From contig CAVRZA010000011.1 in assembly GCA_963725665.1 (NCBI GenBank), positions 544,001 to 608,000 of the forward strand: a DNA stretch of 64,000 nucleotides, written 5' to 3'. Numbering within the stretch: the first letter of the stretch is position 1; each line of letters starts with the position of its first letter. This document shows positions 38,823-54,693 of this stretch, piece by piece. This DNA is from an uncultured Actinomycetes bacterium. GTDB lineage: Bacteria > Actinomycetota > Thermoleophilia > UBA2241. The position numbers were made by a program, and so were the translations under genes. The notes below the pieces were generated by a model that saw only the letters and a program-made list of their open reading frames with translations, searched no databases and was not told where the DNA came from.

Positions 38823-39344
38823 TCAGGCGGCGCGCCGGCGGCCTTGTTGATCCGGTCCGGTGTCCGGTCGCGGGACGATGCCGCCCACGCGCTGCCTGTA
38901 GTCGCGATAGTCGTCGCCGAAGACGGCTTCAAGGTGCGCCTCTTCCCTCGGTATCAGGAGTCGGTACAGGCCGTACGCGACGAACGGGATACTCAGGCCG
39001 GGCCACGAAGCGACGACGATGACGACCGCCGGGCAGACCAAGAAGATGTAGGCCGCGTAGATGGGGTGGCGTATGTGCCGGAAGGGGCCGTCGGTGACGA
39101 GTCGTCCAGTGGCCCCCGCCTCGCGCACCGCCGTGATGGCGCGCACGTAGAGGAGGCCGGCTGCGACGAGCAGGATGACGCTCACGAGGCGCAGCGCGCC
39201 GTTGTGCAGCGCCGCGATGCGGAGCCCCGGAGCGGCGCGGTCGACGGCCACCACCAGCACGATGTAGGCCAGTGCAAGCGTGACCAAGAGCGGGCCCACG
39301 CCCATGGTCGAGCGCGAAGGGTTGAAGTAGACGCGTCGAGCCAT
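38823..39344 (-). CDS. Isoprenylcysteine carboxylmethyltransferase / PEMT-family membrane protein
   Basis: LVTDGPFRHIRHPIY...EEAHL...FGDDYRDYRQRV. Confidence 0.85.
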   Translation of the reverse strand: MARRVYFNPSRSTMGVGPLLVTLALAYIVLVVAVDRAAPGLRIAALHNGALRLVSVILLVAAGLLYVRAITAVREAGATGRLVTDGPFRHIRHPIYAAYIFLVCPAVVIVVASWPGLSIPFVAYGLYRLLIPREEAHLEAVFGDDYRDYRQRVGGIVPRPDTGPDQQGRRRAA

Positions 39345-39494
39345 GACGAGCGCTTGATTCCCGCAGCGCGGTCTAGGCAACGCGCCGGGCGTTTGCGCGG
39401 CGGTCGTCGTGATCGACGACCGCCGCATCCCTCGGTGTCAGTTCGGAGCTCGTCGCGCCGACTGACCGGTCGGCGCGACCGAGCCGGAGACTCC

Positions 39495-41048
<1,554 letters not shown>

Positions 41049-41049
41049 G

Positions 41050-41080
41050 AAAAAACGGCCTTCCTTTCGCGAGAAGGCCG
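41050..41080 (-). promoter_or_regulatory. Leader hairpin with U-tract overlapping the helicase RBS
   Basis: CGGCCTTC-TCGCGAAAG-GAAGGCCG-TTTTTT-C-ATG. Confidence 0.6.
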
Positions 41081-41194
41081 CCGGTTACAATCGAGCTTCT
41101 CTGTCAGTTTGGGTTCTTCTGTGGGGAGGAGCCCCGTCGCGCCCTATGGGCGACGGAAGGACACTGAACCGGCTCCCCGATACTTACGATGGCA

Positions 41195-41223
41195 ACAATA
41201 GCAAGTCTTGCCGGCGCTTACAA
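41195..41223 (-). promoter_or_regulatory. Sigma70-type promoter of the helicase
   Basis: TTGTAA-N17-TATTGT with a TG extended -10. Confidence 0.55.
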
Positions 41224-41349
41224 GGACGAAACCCCAGCACAGCAGGAATGAGAAGGTCGAACGTGCCGGCCACGGTCGTGCCGGAGACCGTCGCGGGTGG
41301 CGGATGTCGTCCCCGTCAAGCCCCGCCGACCGGCGGGTCAAGAGCTGTT

Positions 41350-41643
41350 TCAGGTACCTCCGCCGGGAATCACGCCGGAGCGCGATGCCATGATCCACAG
41401 CGTCAGGCTGATGGCCGCCAGCGTGACCCCAAAGACGATCGTGTCCCAGCGCGTGCGGCCGCGGTAGGCGGCGTACGCCGCGTAGAGGCCCAGCGCGAGC
41501 GCACCGAGGTCGGCGCACAGCACCAGGTAGCGGCCGGTCGTGCCGGCCATGAGCAACGGGCCGGCCAGGAAGCCCAGGACGCCGAGGACGGCACAGGCTG
41601 GGCCACCGACGGTCTCGAGCAGAGTGTCGTCCACGCGTTCCAC
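41350..41643 (-). CDS. Hypothetical membrane protein (3 TM)
   Basis: Hydrophobic 97-aa ORF preceded by a GGAG RBS-like sequence. Confidence 0.6.
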   Translation of the reverse strand: MERVDDTLLETVGGPACAVLGVLGFLAGPLLMAGTTGRYLVLCADLGALALGLYAAYAAYRGRTRWDTIVFGVTLAAISLTLWIMASRSGVIPGGGT

Positions 41644-41829
41644 ACTGCGAGTAGTCGACCGACATGTGTCTCCGCTTGAACTAACGGGATGAACCGAGGC
41701 CGGGCGCCGGCCAAGAGCCCGCCGGCTGGTCGCCTGTTGGTCGTGCCGCTATCCCGCGCTCGCGGGAGCGGTCGTCGCTGTGGCCAGGCGCTACTGCTCG
41801 GGATACGCTGAAAGAGTCCCCGACGGGAG

Positions 41830-42568
41830 GTGTCGGTGTCGCAGGAGTTCTGGTCGCACTGGGCGTGGCCGGCGGCGACGGCCGTGCTCGGGTTCGTCTT
41901 CTTCGCACTGGTGTTCCGCCAGTACCTCCAGCGTCGCCGTCCTCACCAGCTGGCCTGGTCGGTCGGCCTCCTCTTCTATGCCATCGCCGCAGTGATGGAG
42001 GCGTGGTCGGAGTACACCGGTTCCTGGAACCCGACGGTGTATCGCATCTACATCGTCCTCGCCGCCTCGCTCGTCGGCTTCCTCGGCCTGGGCTCGCTCT
42101 ACCTTCTCGCGCGGCGACGCCTGTGGGGCGACCTCTACCTGGTCTTCCTTCTCGTGTGCCTGGCGGTCTTCTTCTACGGGACGTTCACGACGCCGCTGGA
42201 GACCGACAAGCTCGTGCCGGGCATCACGGTCGGCGGCCAGGCGCTCGGTCCGAGCCTCTCGTTCCCGCGCGTGATGTCGCTGCCGTTCAACATCACCGGC
42301 TCGATCCTGCTCATCGGCGGCGCCGTCATCTCGGTCTGGCGCTTCGCCAAGAAGCGCGAGTTCGCCTACCGCATGTGGGCCAACGTGCTCATCGCCGCTC
42401 GGGGCGGTGCTCATCGCGGCCGTCGGCTCTCGCGCGCGCCTCGGCGACACGACCGGGCTGTATCCCGGCGGAGATGGTCGCCTCGGCGATGATGATGGCC
42501 GGCTTCCTCATGGCGGGGACGCTGAAGAAGGGGGCGCGGGCGCGCCGCGCCGCCGGCGCGACCGAAGG

Positions 42569-42572
<4 letters not shown>
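41830..42572 (+). CDS. Multi-TM hypothetical membrane protein (frameshift near 42400)
   Basis: About 7 hydrophobic segments; RRRPHQLAWSVGL..YAIA..MEA; RBS GGGAGG. Confidence 0.75.
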
Positions 42573-46265
<3,693 letters not shown>

Positions 46266-46269
<4 letters not shown>

Positions 46270-47213
46270 GCCGGCTCGAGCGTGCGTTCGTAGAAGATCC
46301 AGCGCTGGTCGACGTGCATGCCGGCGCGCTCGTAGAGGCGGCCGGCGCCCGACTCGTTCTCGGAGTCGACGCCCAGGCCGACGGTCGGCCGACCGCGAGC
46401 GTAGAGGGCGGCGAAAGCGTGCGTGAGGAGGGCGAGGCCGAGGCCGCGGCCCCGCCAGGGGGCGCGCACGCCGAGGCCCTGGACCCAGCCGATGTCGCCG
46501 AAGTCGTAAGCCGCGACGACCCCGGCCACATCCCCGCCGTCCCAGGCGACCAGCCAAAGCGCGGGGTCGAAATCGGGGCGCTTCAGGAGACGCTGCTCCC
46601 AGTCCTCGTGTGCCTGCCGCCGCGCGCGGAACTCGTCGGCGAAGGCCTCATCGAGGGCGGTGTGCACGGCGCGCGCATCGGTCGACGGCTCGAAGACGCG
46701 CAGCTCGAGATGAGCGGGGAGGGGCGCGGGATCCACCGGGCCGGCGAGATCGATGCTCATGCGGAAGAAGGCGCGCGCCGGCGCGAATCCCGCGTCCGTG
46801 AGCAGCACGCGCTTCCACTCGTTGACGGCGGCGCAGAAGACGCCCAAGTGCATGCGCGCGTCGGGCGTCGCGCCGACGACATGCTCGGCGGCGCGCCGCC
46901 CGACGCGCCCGACAAGCTCACGCCCCAGGTCCCCGCGGCGGTGCGCGGGATGCACGAGTACGTCGGCCTCGATGTCGACGTTGGGCGTGCGCTCCTCGAC
47001 CCAGGCGTAGGCCACGATCTGCTCATCGCGATCGACGGCGAGCCAGGCGTCGCGCTGCAGATCGAAGCTGCGTTGTCCCCACTGCGTGGCCAGGTCCTCG
47101 ATCGTCGAGTCGGGCTCGCCGTGCTCGTCGACGTCGCAGGCCACCTGCAGCTCCAGGACGGCGTTGATGTCGTCGTCGGTCGGTGGGCGGATCTGGTAGC
47201 CCTGGCCGGTCAC
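46266..47213 (-). CDS. Tandem-GNAT acetyltransferase (MshD-like)
   Basis: [11 protein letters not shown]; [15 protein letters not shown]; [19 protein letters not shown]. Confidence 0.85.
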
Positions 47214-48793
47214 GCTGTTTCGGTGGCGCCGGGGATCGCGGGACGCGTCTCGGGCGGCGCGCCGGCGAGCACGTCGCGGGCCGCCCGATGTCCGGCCTCG
47301 AGGGCGGTCGGCACGCCGCCGCGGAAGAGCGCCGAGAGCGCCTGGTGGCCGGCCATGTAGAGGCCGGCTACGGGGGTGAGCACCAGCTCGCGCGGCCGCC
47401 AGTCGCCCTCCGTTGCCGCCCACGACCAGCCGGCCACGGCGCCCTCGGCGCGGCCGCCCCGTTCTTCGAAGGTGAGCGGGGTGGCGACGTCGACGACTCG
47501 GACGGCGTCCGTCAGGCCGGGGACGAGACGCTCGACCTCGTCGGCGAGTGCCTCGCCGAGTCGCCGCTTGTAGGCGGCGTACTCGGGGACGCGCTTGCGC
47601 ACAGCCGGACGGTACCTAGCGAAGTGGGCGTGGTCGGCCTTTGTGCGGATGACCAAGACTGCGCCGTCGCGTGGGGCGAGATGTGCGTCGTCGCGGCTCC
47701 AGAGCGCGACCTCGAGCTCCTGGCGGGCGAGGAGGGCCGGGTCGACTGGACCGGGCGCGGCCCAGTCGACCCGGCCCTCCTCGCCGAGCTCTACCCGAGG
47801 GCTGCGGTAGATGATCCTGGCACCGTCGTCGAAAGCCGACAGGTCGCAGCGCGAGGCGTCGAGGCCCAACGCGACCTGCAGGTTCGAGGCCGTCTGGCGC
47901 GCCGCCGCCACGGCGGCGCGCCACTCGTCGGGGATCTCACGCGCGTCGAGCAGGCGCAGGACGGTCGTCTTGTAGTCGGCGTCCGAGACGACGGCCTTGG
48001 CGTCGACTACGGTGCCGTCGTCGAGCTCGACTCCCCGTGCGCGGCCGCGCGTGACGCGGATGGCGGCGACGCGACTGCGTAGCCGCACCTCGGCTCCCGC
48101 GCCGCGCGCGGCCGTCCCCAGCCGCTCGCAGAACGCTCCCATACCGCCGGCCGGGTACCAGATGCCGACCTTGCCCATGAGGCGCCACATTGCGGCCAAG
48201 AGCGGCAGGCCGAACGAGGGAGGTTCCGTTCCCATGGAACCGAGGATGCGTTGCAGCCGCCGGTCGCCGACTGTCCCCGCGAGATACTCGGCGACGAACA
48301 CGCGCTGCGCCTGTTCGAGGAGCGCTGCGCCGTGCGGCTGGTCGGGCGACCGGAGTGCCTGAGCAAGTTCGTCCAGGCGGGCAAAGAACGCCCCGATTCC
48401 GCGCGCGTCCGCGGGAAAGCACCGGGTGAGCTCGTCGACCGGCCTTGAGTGCGGCAGCGATAGCGGCGCCTCAACGCCGTAGGCTCGCACGCTGTATGCG
48501 ACGCGTCTGAAACGGAGTCCTTCGCCGAATCCCCCTTCCCCCCCAAGTCGCTCGATACGCCGGCGCACGTAACGTGGCGAGCTGAAACCGAGCGGTCCTG
48601 TCGGAAAAGTGAATCCCCCTCGCCGGTAGCAGGATGCCGTGCCGCCGACGTGCGGCTCGCCGTCGAGCACGAGCACCGACAGCCCGGCGAGGCCGAGTTC
48701 GGCGGCGGCGCACAAGCCGCCGACGCCGGCGCCCACGATGACCACATCCCGGCGCTCTGAAGCCTTGGGGCCTGCCGGTCGGGGAGCGCTCAC
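47210..48793 (-). CDS. Phytoene-desaturase-like FAD-dependent oxidoreductase
   Basis: DVVIVGAGVGGL, HVGG, YPAGGMG, ATPLTFE, TPVAGLYMAG, GGVP.A..AG. Confidence 0.82.
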   Translation of the reverse strand: MSAPRPAGPKASERRDVVIVGAGVGGLCAAAELGLAGLSVLVLDGEPHVGGTASCYRRGGFTFPTGPLGFSSPRYVRRRIERLGGEGGFGEGLRFRRVAYSVRAYGVEAPLSLPHSRPVDELTRCFPADARGIGAFFARLDELAQALRSPDQPHGAALLEQAQRVFVAEYLAGTVGDRRLQRILGSMGTEPPSFGLPLLAAMWRLMGKVGIWYPAGGMGAFCERLGTAARGAGAEVRLRSRVAAIRVTRGRARGVELDDGTVVDAKAVVSDADYKTTVLRLLDAREIPDEWRAAVAAARQTASNLQVALGLDASRCDLSAFDDGARIIYRSPRVELGEEGRVDWAAPGPVDPALLARQELEVALWSRDDAHLAPRDGAVLVIRTKADHAHFARYRPAVRKRVPEYAAYKRRLGEALADEVERLVPGLTDAVRVVDVATPLTFEERGGRAEGAVAGWSWAATEGDWRPRELVLTPVAGLYMAGHQALSALFRGGVPTALEAGHRAARDVLAGAPPETRPAIPGATETA

Positions 48794-49785
48794 GGCGACT
48801 CGCGGATCTCCGTCTCCATGAACAGCGTGGACTGCGCGACACGCATGCCCGCGCGCTGGTATAGGGCGAGCGCCCCGGTCTCGTTCTCGCTGTCGACGCC
48901 CAGAACGACCTTCGTCTGACCGCGCGCCTCGAACCGCGCGAAAGACTCCAGCAACAGCGCCAGGCCGAGCCCACGTCCGCGCCACGGCTTGCGCACAGCG
49001 AGATCGTCCACGTAGCCGCGGTCGGGATTGTCGAGCGCGACGCAGGTCCCCGCCACCTCGGCACCATCCCAGGCTACGAGCCAAAGCCTGGTGTCGAGGC
49101 CCGTGTAAGCGAACTGATGGCGCTCCCACTCGTCGAGCCTCATGGGAGCGAAGCGGAAGTGCTCGGCGAACGCCTCCTCAAGCGCCTGGTGCACGGCCGA
49201 TTCGTCGCGCCCGCGTCGGAACTCGCGCACCTCGATGCCGCCGGGCCAGACGGGTCGGGCAAACCCCTCGCGCAGGTCGATGCGCATTCGGTAGAAGCGT
49301 CGCGTCTCGGCCAAGCCGTGTCTCGCGAGAAGGTCGAGCTTCTCACCGTGCCCCTCCGCGGCGGGGATGCCCAGAAGGACGCGCGCGCCGCCGGCTGCGG
49401 CCCGATGCTCCCGCGACCTCGCCACGATGTGGGCCAGCAGGTGAGCGCTCAGGGCCTCCCGGTGGGGATCCTCGGGGTCGACGTTGAAGTCGCCGTAGAG
49501 CTCGACGTGCGGTCTCTCGTACCAGACCCAGGCATAGCCGGCCGCTCGATCCCCCGGGGACTCGATGAGCCAGGCGTCGCGCTCGAGGTAGAAGCGCGGC
49601 AATTGATAGTCGGCGAGAAGTTCATCCTCGGTGACGTCGGACTCGCCGATGAGCGCTATCTCCTCGGCGCGGATCATCTTCACGATGGCGGCGATGTCGC
49701 CGCGCTGCGGCCTCCGGCAGCGGTAGCCGTCGGGGAGCGGCGCGGCGGAGAGCTGGGGGTGTGTGGGCTCTGAGGGGGCGTCCAT
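48790..49785 (-). CDS. Tandem-GNAT acetyltransferase (paralog of 46266..47213)
   Basis: [39 protein letters not shown]. Confidence 0.85.
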   Translation of the reverse strand: MDAPSEPTHPQLSAAPLPDGYRCRRPQRGDIAAIVKMIRAEEIALIGESDVTEDELLADYQLPRFYLERDAWLIESPGDRAAGYAWVWYERPHVELYGDFNVDPEDPHREALSAHLLAHIVARSREHRAAAGGARVLLGIPAAEGHGEKLDLLARHGLAETRRFYRMRIDLREGFARPVWPGGIEVREFRRGRDESAVHQALEEAFAEHFRFAPMRLDEWERHQFAYTGLDTRLWLVAWDGAEVAGTCVALDNPDRGYVDDLAVRKPWRGRGLGLALLLESFARFEARGQTKVVLGVDSENETGALALYQRAGMRVAQSTLFMETEIRESP

Positions 49786-49788
49786 CGG

Positions 49789-50862
49789 TCAGGCCGTGTG
49801 CTTGAAGTTGATGACGTCGCCGTCCTGCACGACGTAGTCCTTGCCCTCGACGCGCAGCACTCCCCGATCGCGGGCGGCGTGGAACGAGCCGGCCTCGAGC
49901 AAAGCTTCGAGGGGCACCACCTCGGCGCGCACGAAGCGGTTCATGATGTCGGTGTGGATGCGTCCCGCCGCCTGGCGCGCGTTCCAGCCCCGTGGGAGCT
50001 GCCAGGCGCGCGACTCTGACGACTTGTGGTCGCCGGTGAAGAAGGTGATGTAGCCGAGCACGCGGTAGGCGGCGGCGATGACGTGGTCGAGCCCCGGCGC
50101 GACGTCGCCCAGGTCGGCGCGGAACTCCGCCGCCTCGTCGGGTTCGAGCTCGGCCAGCTCGGCCTCGAGCTTGGCCGAGACGGCGACGACCTCGTCGCCC
50201 CGCGCGTGCGCCCAGGCGACGAGGTCGTCGCCAGGCACGCCGCCCCCGTCGCCGGTGTTGAGCACGAAGAGCACCGGCCGCTCGGTGAGCAGCGCCAGCT
50301 CACGGATGAGGGACTCTTCGTCGGGAGTGATCTCGACCGAGCGCGCCCGGTGTCCGTCTCGCAGCGCTGCGGCCAGCTTCTCGAGCGTGGTGAGTTCCTT
50401 CTGCGCCGCCTTGTCGCCGGCCTTCGCCGCTTTGCCGGTCTTCTGCATGCGCCGCTCCACGAGCTCGAGGTCGGAGAGGATGAGCTCGGTCTCGACGTCG
50501 TCGGCGTCGGCGATGGGGTCGAGCGCCGGGCGCACGTGCGGCACGTCGGGATCCTCGAAGGCGCGCAGCACGTGGGCCACCGCGTCGACGCCGCGGATGT
50601 CGGCGAGAAAGCGCAGGCCGAGGCCCTCGCCGGGCGAGCCGCCGCCCATCCCGGGGATGTCGACGACCTCGATCGTGGCGTTGACCTTCTTCGGCGTCTC
50701 CAGACGCTCGTGCAGCCGGTCGAGGCGCTCGTCGGGCACCGACACGACGCCGCGGTTCGCCTGCGCGGCGGTGTACGAGGAGGTCGCCGCGTGGCCGAGC
50801 GTGAGTGCGTTGAACAGCGTGGTCTTGCCGCTGTTGGGCAGGCCGACGATGCCGAGCTTCAT
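49789..50862 (-). CDS. ychF: Ribosome-binding ATPase YchF
   Basis: GIVGLPNSGKTTLFNALT, VPDERL, DIPG, GEGLG.RFL.DIR, AAGRIHTD, EGKDYVVQDGDVI.F. Confidence 0.93.
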   Translation of the reverse strand: MKLGIVGLPNSGKTTLFNALTLGHAATSSYTAAQANRGVVSVPDERLDRLHERLETPKKVNATIEVVDIPGMGGGSPGEGLGLRFLADIRGVDAVAHVLRAFEDPDVPHVRPALDPIADADDVETELILSDLELVERRMQKTGKAAKAGDKAAQKELTTLEKLAAALRDGHRARSVEITPDEESLIRELALLTERPVLFVLNTGDGGGVPGDDLVAWAHARGDEVVAVSAKLEAELAELEPDEAAEFRADLGDVAPGLDHVIAAAYRVLGYITFFTGDHKSSESRAWQLPRGWNARQAAGRIHTDIMNRFVRAEVVPLEALLEAGSFHAARDRGVLRVEGKDYVVQDGDVINFKHTA

Positions 50863-51024
50863 GGCGTCCCCAGGGTCGAGGAGAAGGCGGGCGAGGGCGA
50901 CGGCGAGCCCGCCGGGCTCGCCGTCGCCCCGCGCACGGCGCGCCACTCGTTCGTGCCACTCACGAGTTGCTCCAGAGCCTCGGTGTAACTGGCGTTCATC
51001 ATTCTACGGGCCGCCCACGGCGGG

Positions 51025-51600
51025 CTACGTCAGCGCCCGGAAGAGGAGCACGAAGACGACCCCGAGGACGCTCCCCAAGGCGACGCCGGCGAGCACGTCG
51101 AGCAGGTAGTGCACGCCGAGATAGACGCGGCTGAAGCACAGCAGCGCGGTCAGCAGGGCGAGGGCCGGGAGCCACACGGGGTAGAGGCTGCTCATGGTGA
51201 GCAGGCCCGCCATCCCCATGCTCGCATGCGAGGAGGGGAACGAGTGGCTGCGCGGCAGGGGGATGTGGCCGCCGAGCGTCGGGTCGACGAGCGCCGGCCT
51301 CCGGCGACCGACGATCAGCTTGAGGCCGTAGGTGATCCACTCGGTGACCAGCACCGACCCGGTGACGAAGACGAAGGTGCGGGCTCCATGACTCGCGCCG
51401 GAGATCCAGGGTACGGCCGCGATGACGAACCAGAGCAGACCGTAGTTGGCGCTCAGCGAGAGCGCGCCGTAGGGCGCTGTCAGCCAGCGGGGGTGGGGCA
51501 GGCGCGCGACCGCCTGGGTGGCGGCGCGGTCGCGCCGCAGCAGGCGGTCGCGCCGGGTCTCGGCCGGCGAGGCAGCTTCAGGTTGGGCGGGAGAAGGCAT
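51025..51600 (-). CDS. PAP2-family phosphatase
   Basis: LK...RRRP, SFPSSHA, SRVYLGVHY..DVLAG. Confidence 0.9.
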   Translation of the reverse strand: MPSPAQPEAASPAETRRDRLLRRDRAATQAVARLPHPRWLTAPYGALSLSANYGLLWFVIAAVPWISGASHGARTFVFVTGSVLVTEWITYGLKLIVGRRRPALVDPTLGGHIPLPRSHSFPSSHASMGMAGLLTMSSLYPVWLPALALLTALLCFSRVYLGVHYLLDVLAGVALGSVLGVVFVLLFRALT

Positions 51601-51757
51601 CCCGGCGAGTATACGGAAAACGCGCTCTCGGGCGGTGACTCGTGTTCGGCGGACTACCGCGCCGGCTGTGAGAACAGCAGGTGTGGGGACGGCTACCGCG
51701 GGGGTGGGGAACGGCTATACTATCCGGCAGTCCGCGCCACCTATCGACAGGTCCTTT

Positions 51758-52033
51758 ATGCGCACCACCGTCATCGTCACCGCTCTCGGTCCCGATCGCC
51801 ACGGCCTGCTGGCGGCGATCGCGAGCACGATCGCCGCCCAGAACGCCAACGTCGACGACGTCAGCCAGACCGTCTCCAACGGCATGTTCACGATGATCAT
51901 GTTCGTGTCATTCGACGAGACCGAGACGACGATGGCCGAGCTGCAGGAGGCGCTCGCTAAGAGCGGCGAGGAGATCGGCCTGCAGATCCACGTGCAGCAC
52001 GAGAACATCTTCAAGTACATGCACCGCATCTAG
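51758..52033 (+). CDS. ACT domain protein (UPF0237)
   Basis: IVTALGPDRHG...NVDDVSQT...FTMIM...VQHENIFKYMHRI. Confidence 0.9.
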   Translation: MRTTVIVTALGPDRHGLLAAIASTIAAQNANVDDVSQTVSNGMFTMIMFVSFDETETTMAELQEALAKSGEEIGLQIHVQHENIFKYMHRI

Positions 52034-52067
52034 GGCTCGCCGCCGCCCGCGACCTCCCGAGCAGCCC

Positions 52068-53432
52068 GTGGTCTTCATCACAGCAGAAGAGATCCTCGAG
52101 ACCGTACGCATGATCCAGGCGGAGAACCTGGACGTGCGTGCGGTCACCATGGGCATCTCGCTGCACGACTGCGCCTCACGCAACGTCGACGACGCCTGCC
52201 GCCGCGTCTACAAGAAGATCGTGGCGCGCGGGCGGAGGCTGGTGCCGGTGGCGCGCGAGATCCAGGACAAGTACGGCGTGCCGATCGTCAACCAGCGCAT
52301 CTCGGTGACGCCGATCGCCCAGGTGGTCGCCGGCGACGACGTCGAGGGCTACGTCAAGGTCGCCCACGCGCTTGACGCCGCGGCGCAAGAGATCGGCGTC
52401 GACTTCATCGGCGGCTTCTCCGCCTTGGTGCAGAAAGGCTTCACCAAGGGCGACGCGGCGCTCATCGAAGCCGTGCCGGAGGCCATTGCCGGAACCGAGC
52501 GTGTGTGCTCGTCGGTGAACGTCGCCTCGACGCGCGCCGGCATCAACATGGACGCCGTGCTGAAGATGAGCGAGGTGCTCCTGGCGGTGGCCAGGGCTAC
52601 CGCCAAGCGTGATTCGATCGGCTGCGCCAAGATAGTCACCTTCTGCAACGTGCCCGAGGACAACCCCTTCATGGCCGGAGCCGTCCACGGCGCCGGGGAG
52701 CCCGAGGTCAGCGTCAACGTGGCGATCTCGGGGCCTGGGGTGATCCGCAACGTCGTTGCCAACAATCCCGACATCTCCTTCACCGATCTCGCCGACCTCA
52801 TCAAGCGCACGACGTTCAAGATCACGCGCATCGGGGAGCTCGTGGCGCGCGAGGCGTCCGAGATGCTCGGGGCGCAGATGGGCATCATCGACCTTTCGTT
52901 GGCTCCCTCTCCCAAGGTCGGCGACTCGGTGGCGGAGATCCTTGAGAGCATGGGATTGGAACGTGTGGGCGCCCCCGGCTCGACCGCCGCGCTGGCGCTC
53001 CTCAACGATGCCGTCAAGAAGGGCGGCACGATGGCGACCTCGTCGACCGGAGGTCTCTCGGGAGCGTTCATCCCCGTGAGCGAAGACGCGGGCATGGCGC
53101 GGGCGGCCGAGGAGGGTGTGCTGACCGTCGAGAAGCTCGAGGCGATGACCGCCGTCTGCTCCCTAGGGCTCGACATGATCGTCGTGCCGGGGGACATCTC
53201 GCGTGACTCGCTTGCTGGACTCATCGCCGATGTGATGGCGATCGGCATGATCAACAGCAAGACCACCGGCGCCCGCCTGATCCCCGCTTTCGGCAAGAAG
53301 GTCGGCGACCAGGTCACATTGGGTGGGCTCTTCGGCGCCGCGCCGGTGATGCCGGTCAGCAGCGCCGGCAACGGGGCGTTCATGGCCCGGCGAGGACGGA
53401 TACCGGCCCCGCTGCAGAGCCTCACGAACTAG
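52068..53432 (+). CDS. PFL-like DUF711/UPF0210 protein
   Basis: EILETVRMI..ENLDVRAVTMGISL, RISVTP, EDNPFMAGA, GGLSGAFIPVSED, RRGRIPAPLQSL.N. Canonical partner of UPF0237. Confidence 0.93.
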   Translation: MVFITAEEILETVRMIQAENLDVRAVTMGISLHDCASRNVDDACRRVYKKIVARGRRLVPVAREIQDKYGVPIVNQRISVTPIAQVVAGDDVEGYVKVAHALDAAAQEIGVDFIGGFSALVQKGFTKGDAALIEAVPEAIAGTERVCSSVNVASTRAGINMDAVLKMSEVLLAVARATAKRDSIGCAKIVTFCNVPEDNPFMAGAVHGAGEPEVSVNVAISGPGVIRNVVANNPDISFTDLADLIKRTTFKITRIGELVAREASEMLGAQMGIIDLSLAPSPKVGDSVAEILESMGLERVGAPGSTAALALLNDAVKKGGTMATSSTGGLSGAFIPVSEDAGMARAAEEGVLTVEKLEAMTAVCSLGLDMIVVPGDISRDSLAGLIADVMAIGMINSKTTGARLIPAFGKKVGDQVTLGGLFGAAPVMPVSSAGNGAFMARRGRIPAPLQSLTN

Positions 53433-53625
53433 CGGGGCCGCTCACTCCCACTACGTCGAGTAGTTCCGCGCCGCTGCAAGGTTCTACGAACTGGCGGCGC
53501 GGGTCGCTCCAGCTACGTCGATGAAGCCCGGCACCTCAACAGAGACTGCCGAGCTCGCGCCGCCGCCCTTGCCGTTGTCGCGCGCCCAACGCGCGTCGAA
53601 AGTGCGGGATGTGGTGACGGAAATG

Positions 53626-53656
53626 GGAAGGCGGCCGCTATCGGCGGCCGCCTTCC
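53626..53656 (-). terminator. Intrinsic terminator-like hairpin
   Basis: GGAAGGCGGCCGC-TATCG-GCGGCCGCCTTCC, between convergent genes. Confidence 0.6.
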
Positions 53657-53710
53657 TGTCCCGAGCGTAGGGGGGGTACGCGCCTCGGGGGTCTTGGTGT
53701 TGCTCAAAAC

Positions 53711-54593
53711 CTAGTCTTTGAGTTCCTTGATCATGGCGCGGATGAGTCGCGCCTTCGAGGTCAGCCCCAGCGCGTTGCAGGCCTTCTCGGCCTCGGTGAG
53801 CTGGAGCACGGCGTCGACGGTCTGCCCCTGCACCTTGTACTGCTGAGCCAGCTCGATCTCGTCCTCGATCAAGTCCTTGATGAGGCGCCGGACCTCGGGA
53901 TCGTCGAGATCTATCTGCTGTTGGTTGGTCGTCACGATGATGTCCGAGAGAGCTACGCTGGCGGCCGCGCTTGCCGCCTCCTCGGCCGGGGTCGGCGGCT
54001 CCTCAGCCACGATTGACTCCGCCTTCGCTGGGCTCGGTTCCTCCTCCGCTGGGCTCGGCTGCTCGAGCGCTGGGCTCGGTTCCTCGACCGCGCTCGCCGC
54101 CTCCTCCATGCCCGGCGCCTCCTCCTCCAGGCTCGGGGCCTCCGCAGTCGGCTCCGGCTCCCTCGGCTGGGCCTCTCCGAGCCCGGCCACACCTGCCCCT
54201 GCGGCGGTCCCGACGGCTTCCGCCGTGGGTGAGACGGCGGCTTCGAGCTCGGTGACCTCGGGAACGCCGCCTTCGGCCGGCGTCTCGTCGGCCACGGCGG
54301 CCGCTCCCCGCCGCCGCGGCCCCGGCCATGGCGACGTCGGCCGCGGCCGGAGCTGCCGCACCCGATACCGTTGGCGGCGTCTCGACGGCCTTGCCGAGCT
54401 CGGCCAGCTCGTCGCGTGGTGCCTCGTCGAAGATGGATCCCGGCGCCGTGGCAGGCGAGGTCATGCTGCCTGCGGACGTCGGCGTCTCGGCGGCCTTGGC
54501 GCCGCCTCGGCCGCGCGTCACGACGAGCGTGACGATCAGCACGATCAGCACGATGATCGCGACCGCAAGACCGATCAACTGGATGGTGCTCAT
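53711..54593 (-). CDS. Membrane-anchored protein with acidic Pro/Ala/Glu linker and C-terminal helical domain (frameshift near 54310)
   Basis: N-terminal TM MSTIQLIGLAVAIIVLIVLIV; 7-aa/21-bp repeats (EEPSPA..) near 54027-54130; helical C-terminus. Confidence 0.7.
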
Positions 54594-54693
54594 GGATTCC
54601 CACCGCCTTACGCTTGGCGCCTGCGCGCAGTGTCTTCTGCCTGGGCGCGTGAAACCCTCTTCGGCAGTCCCGTCTGCCGCTACAATCGTACTC

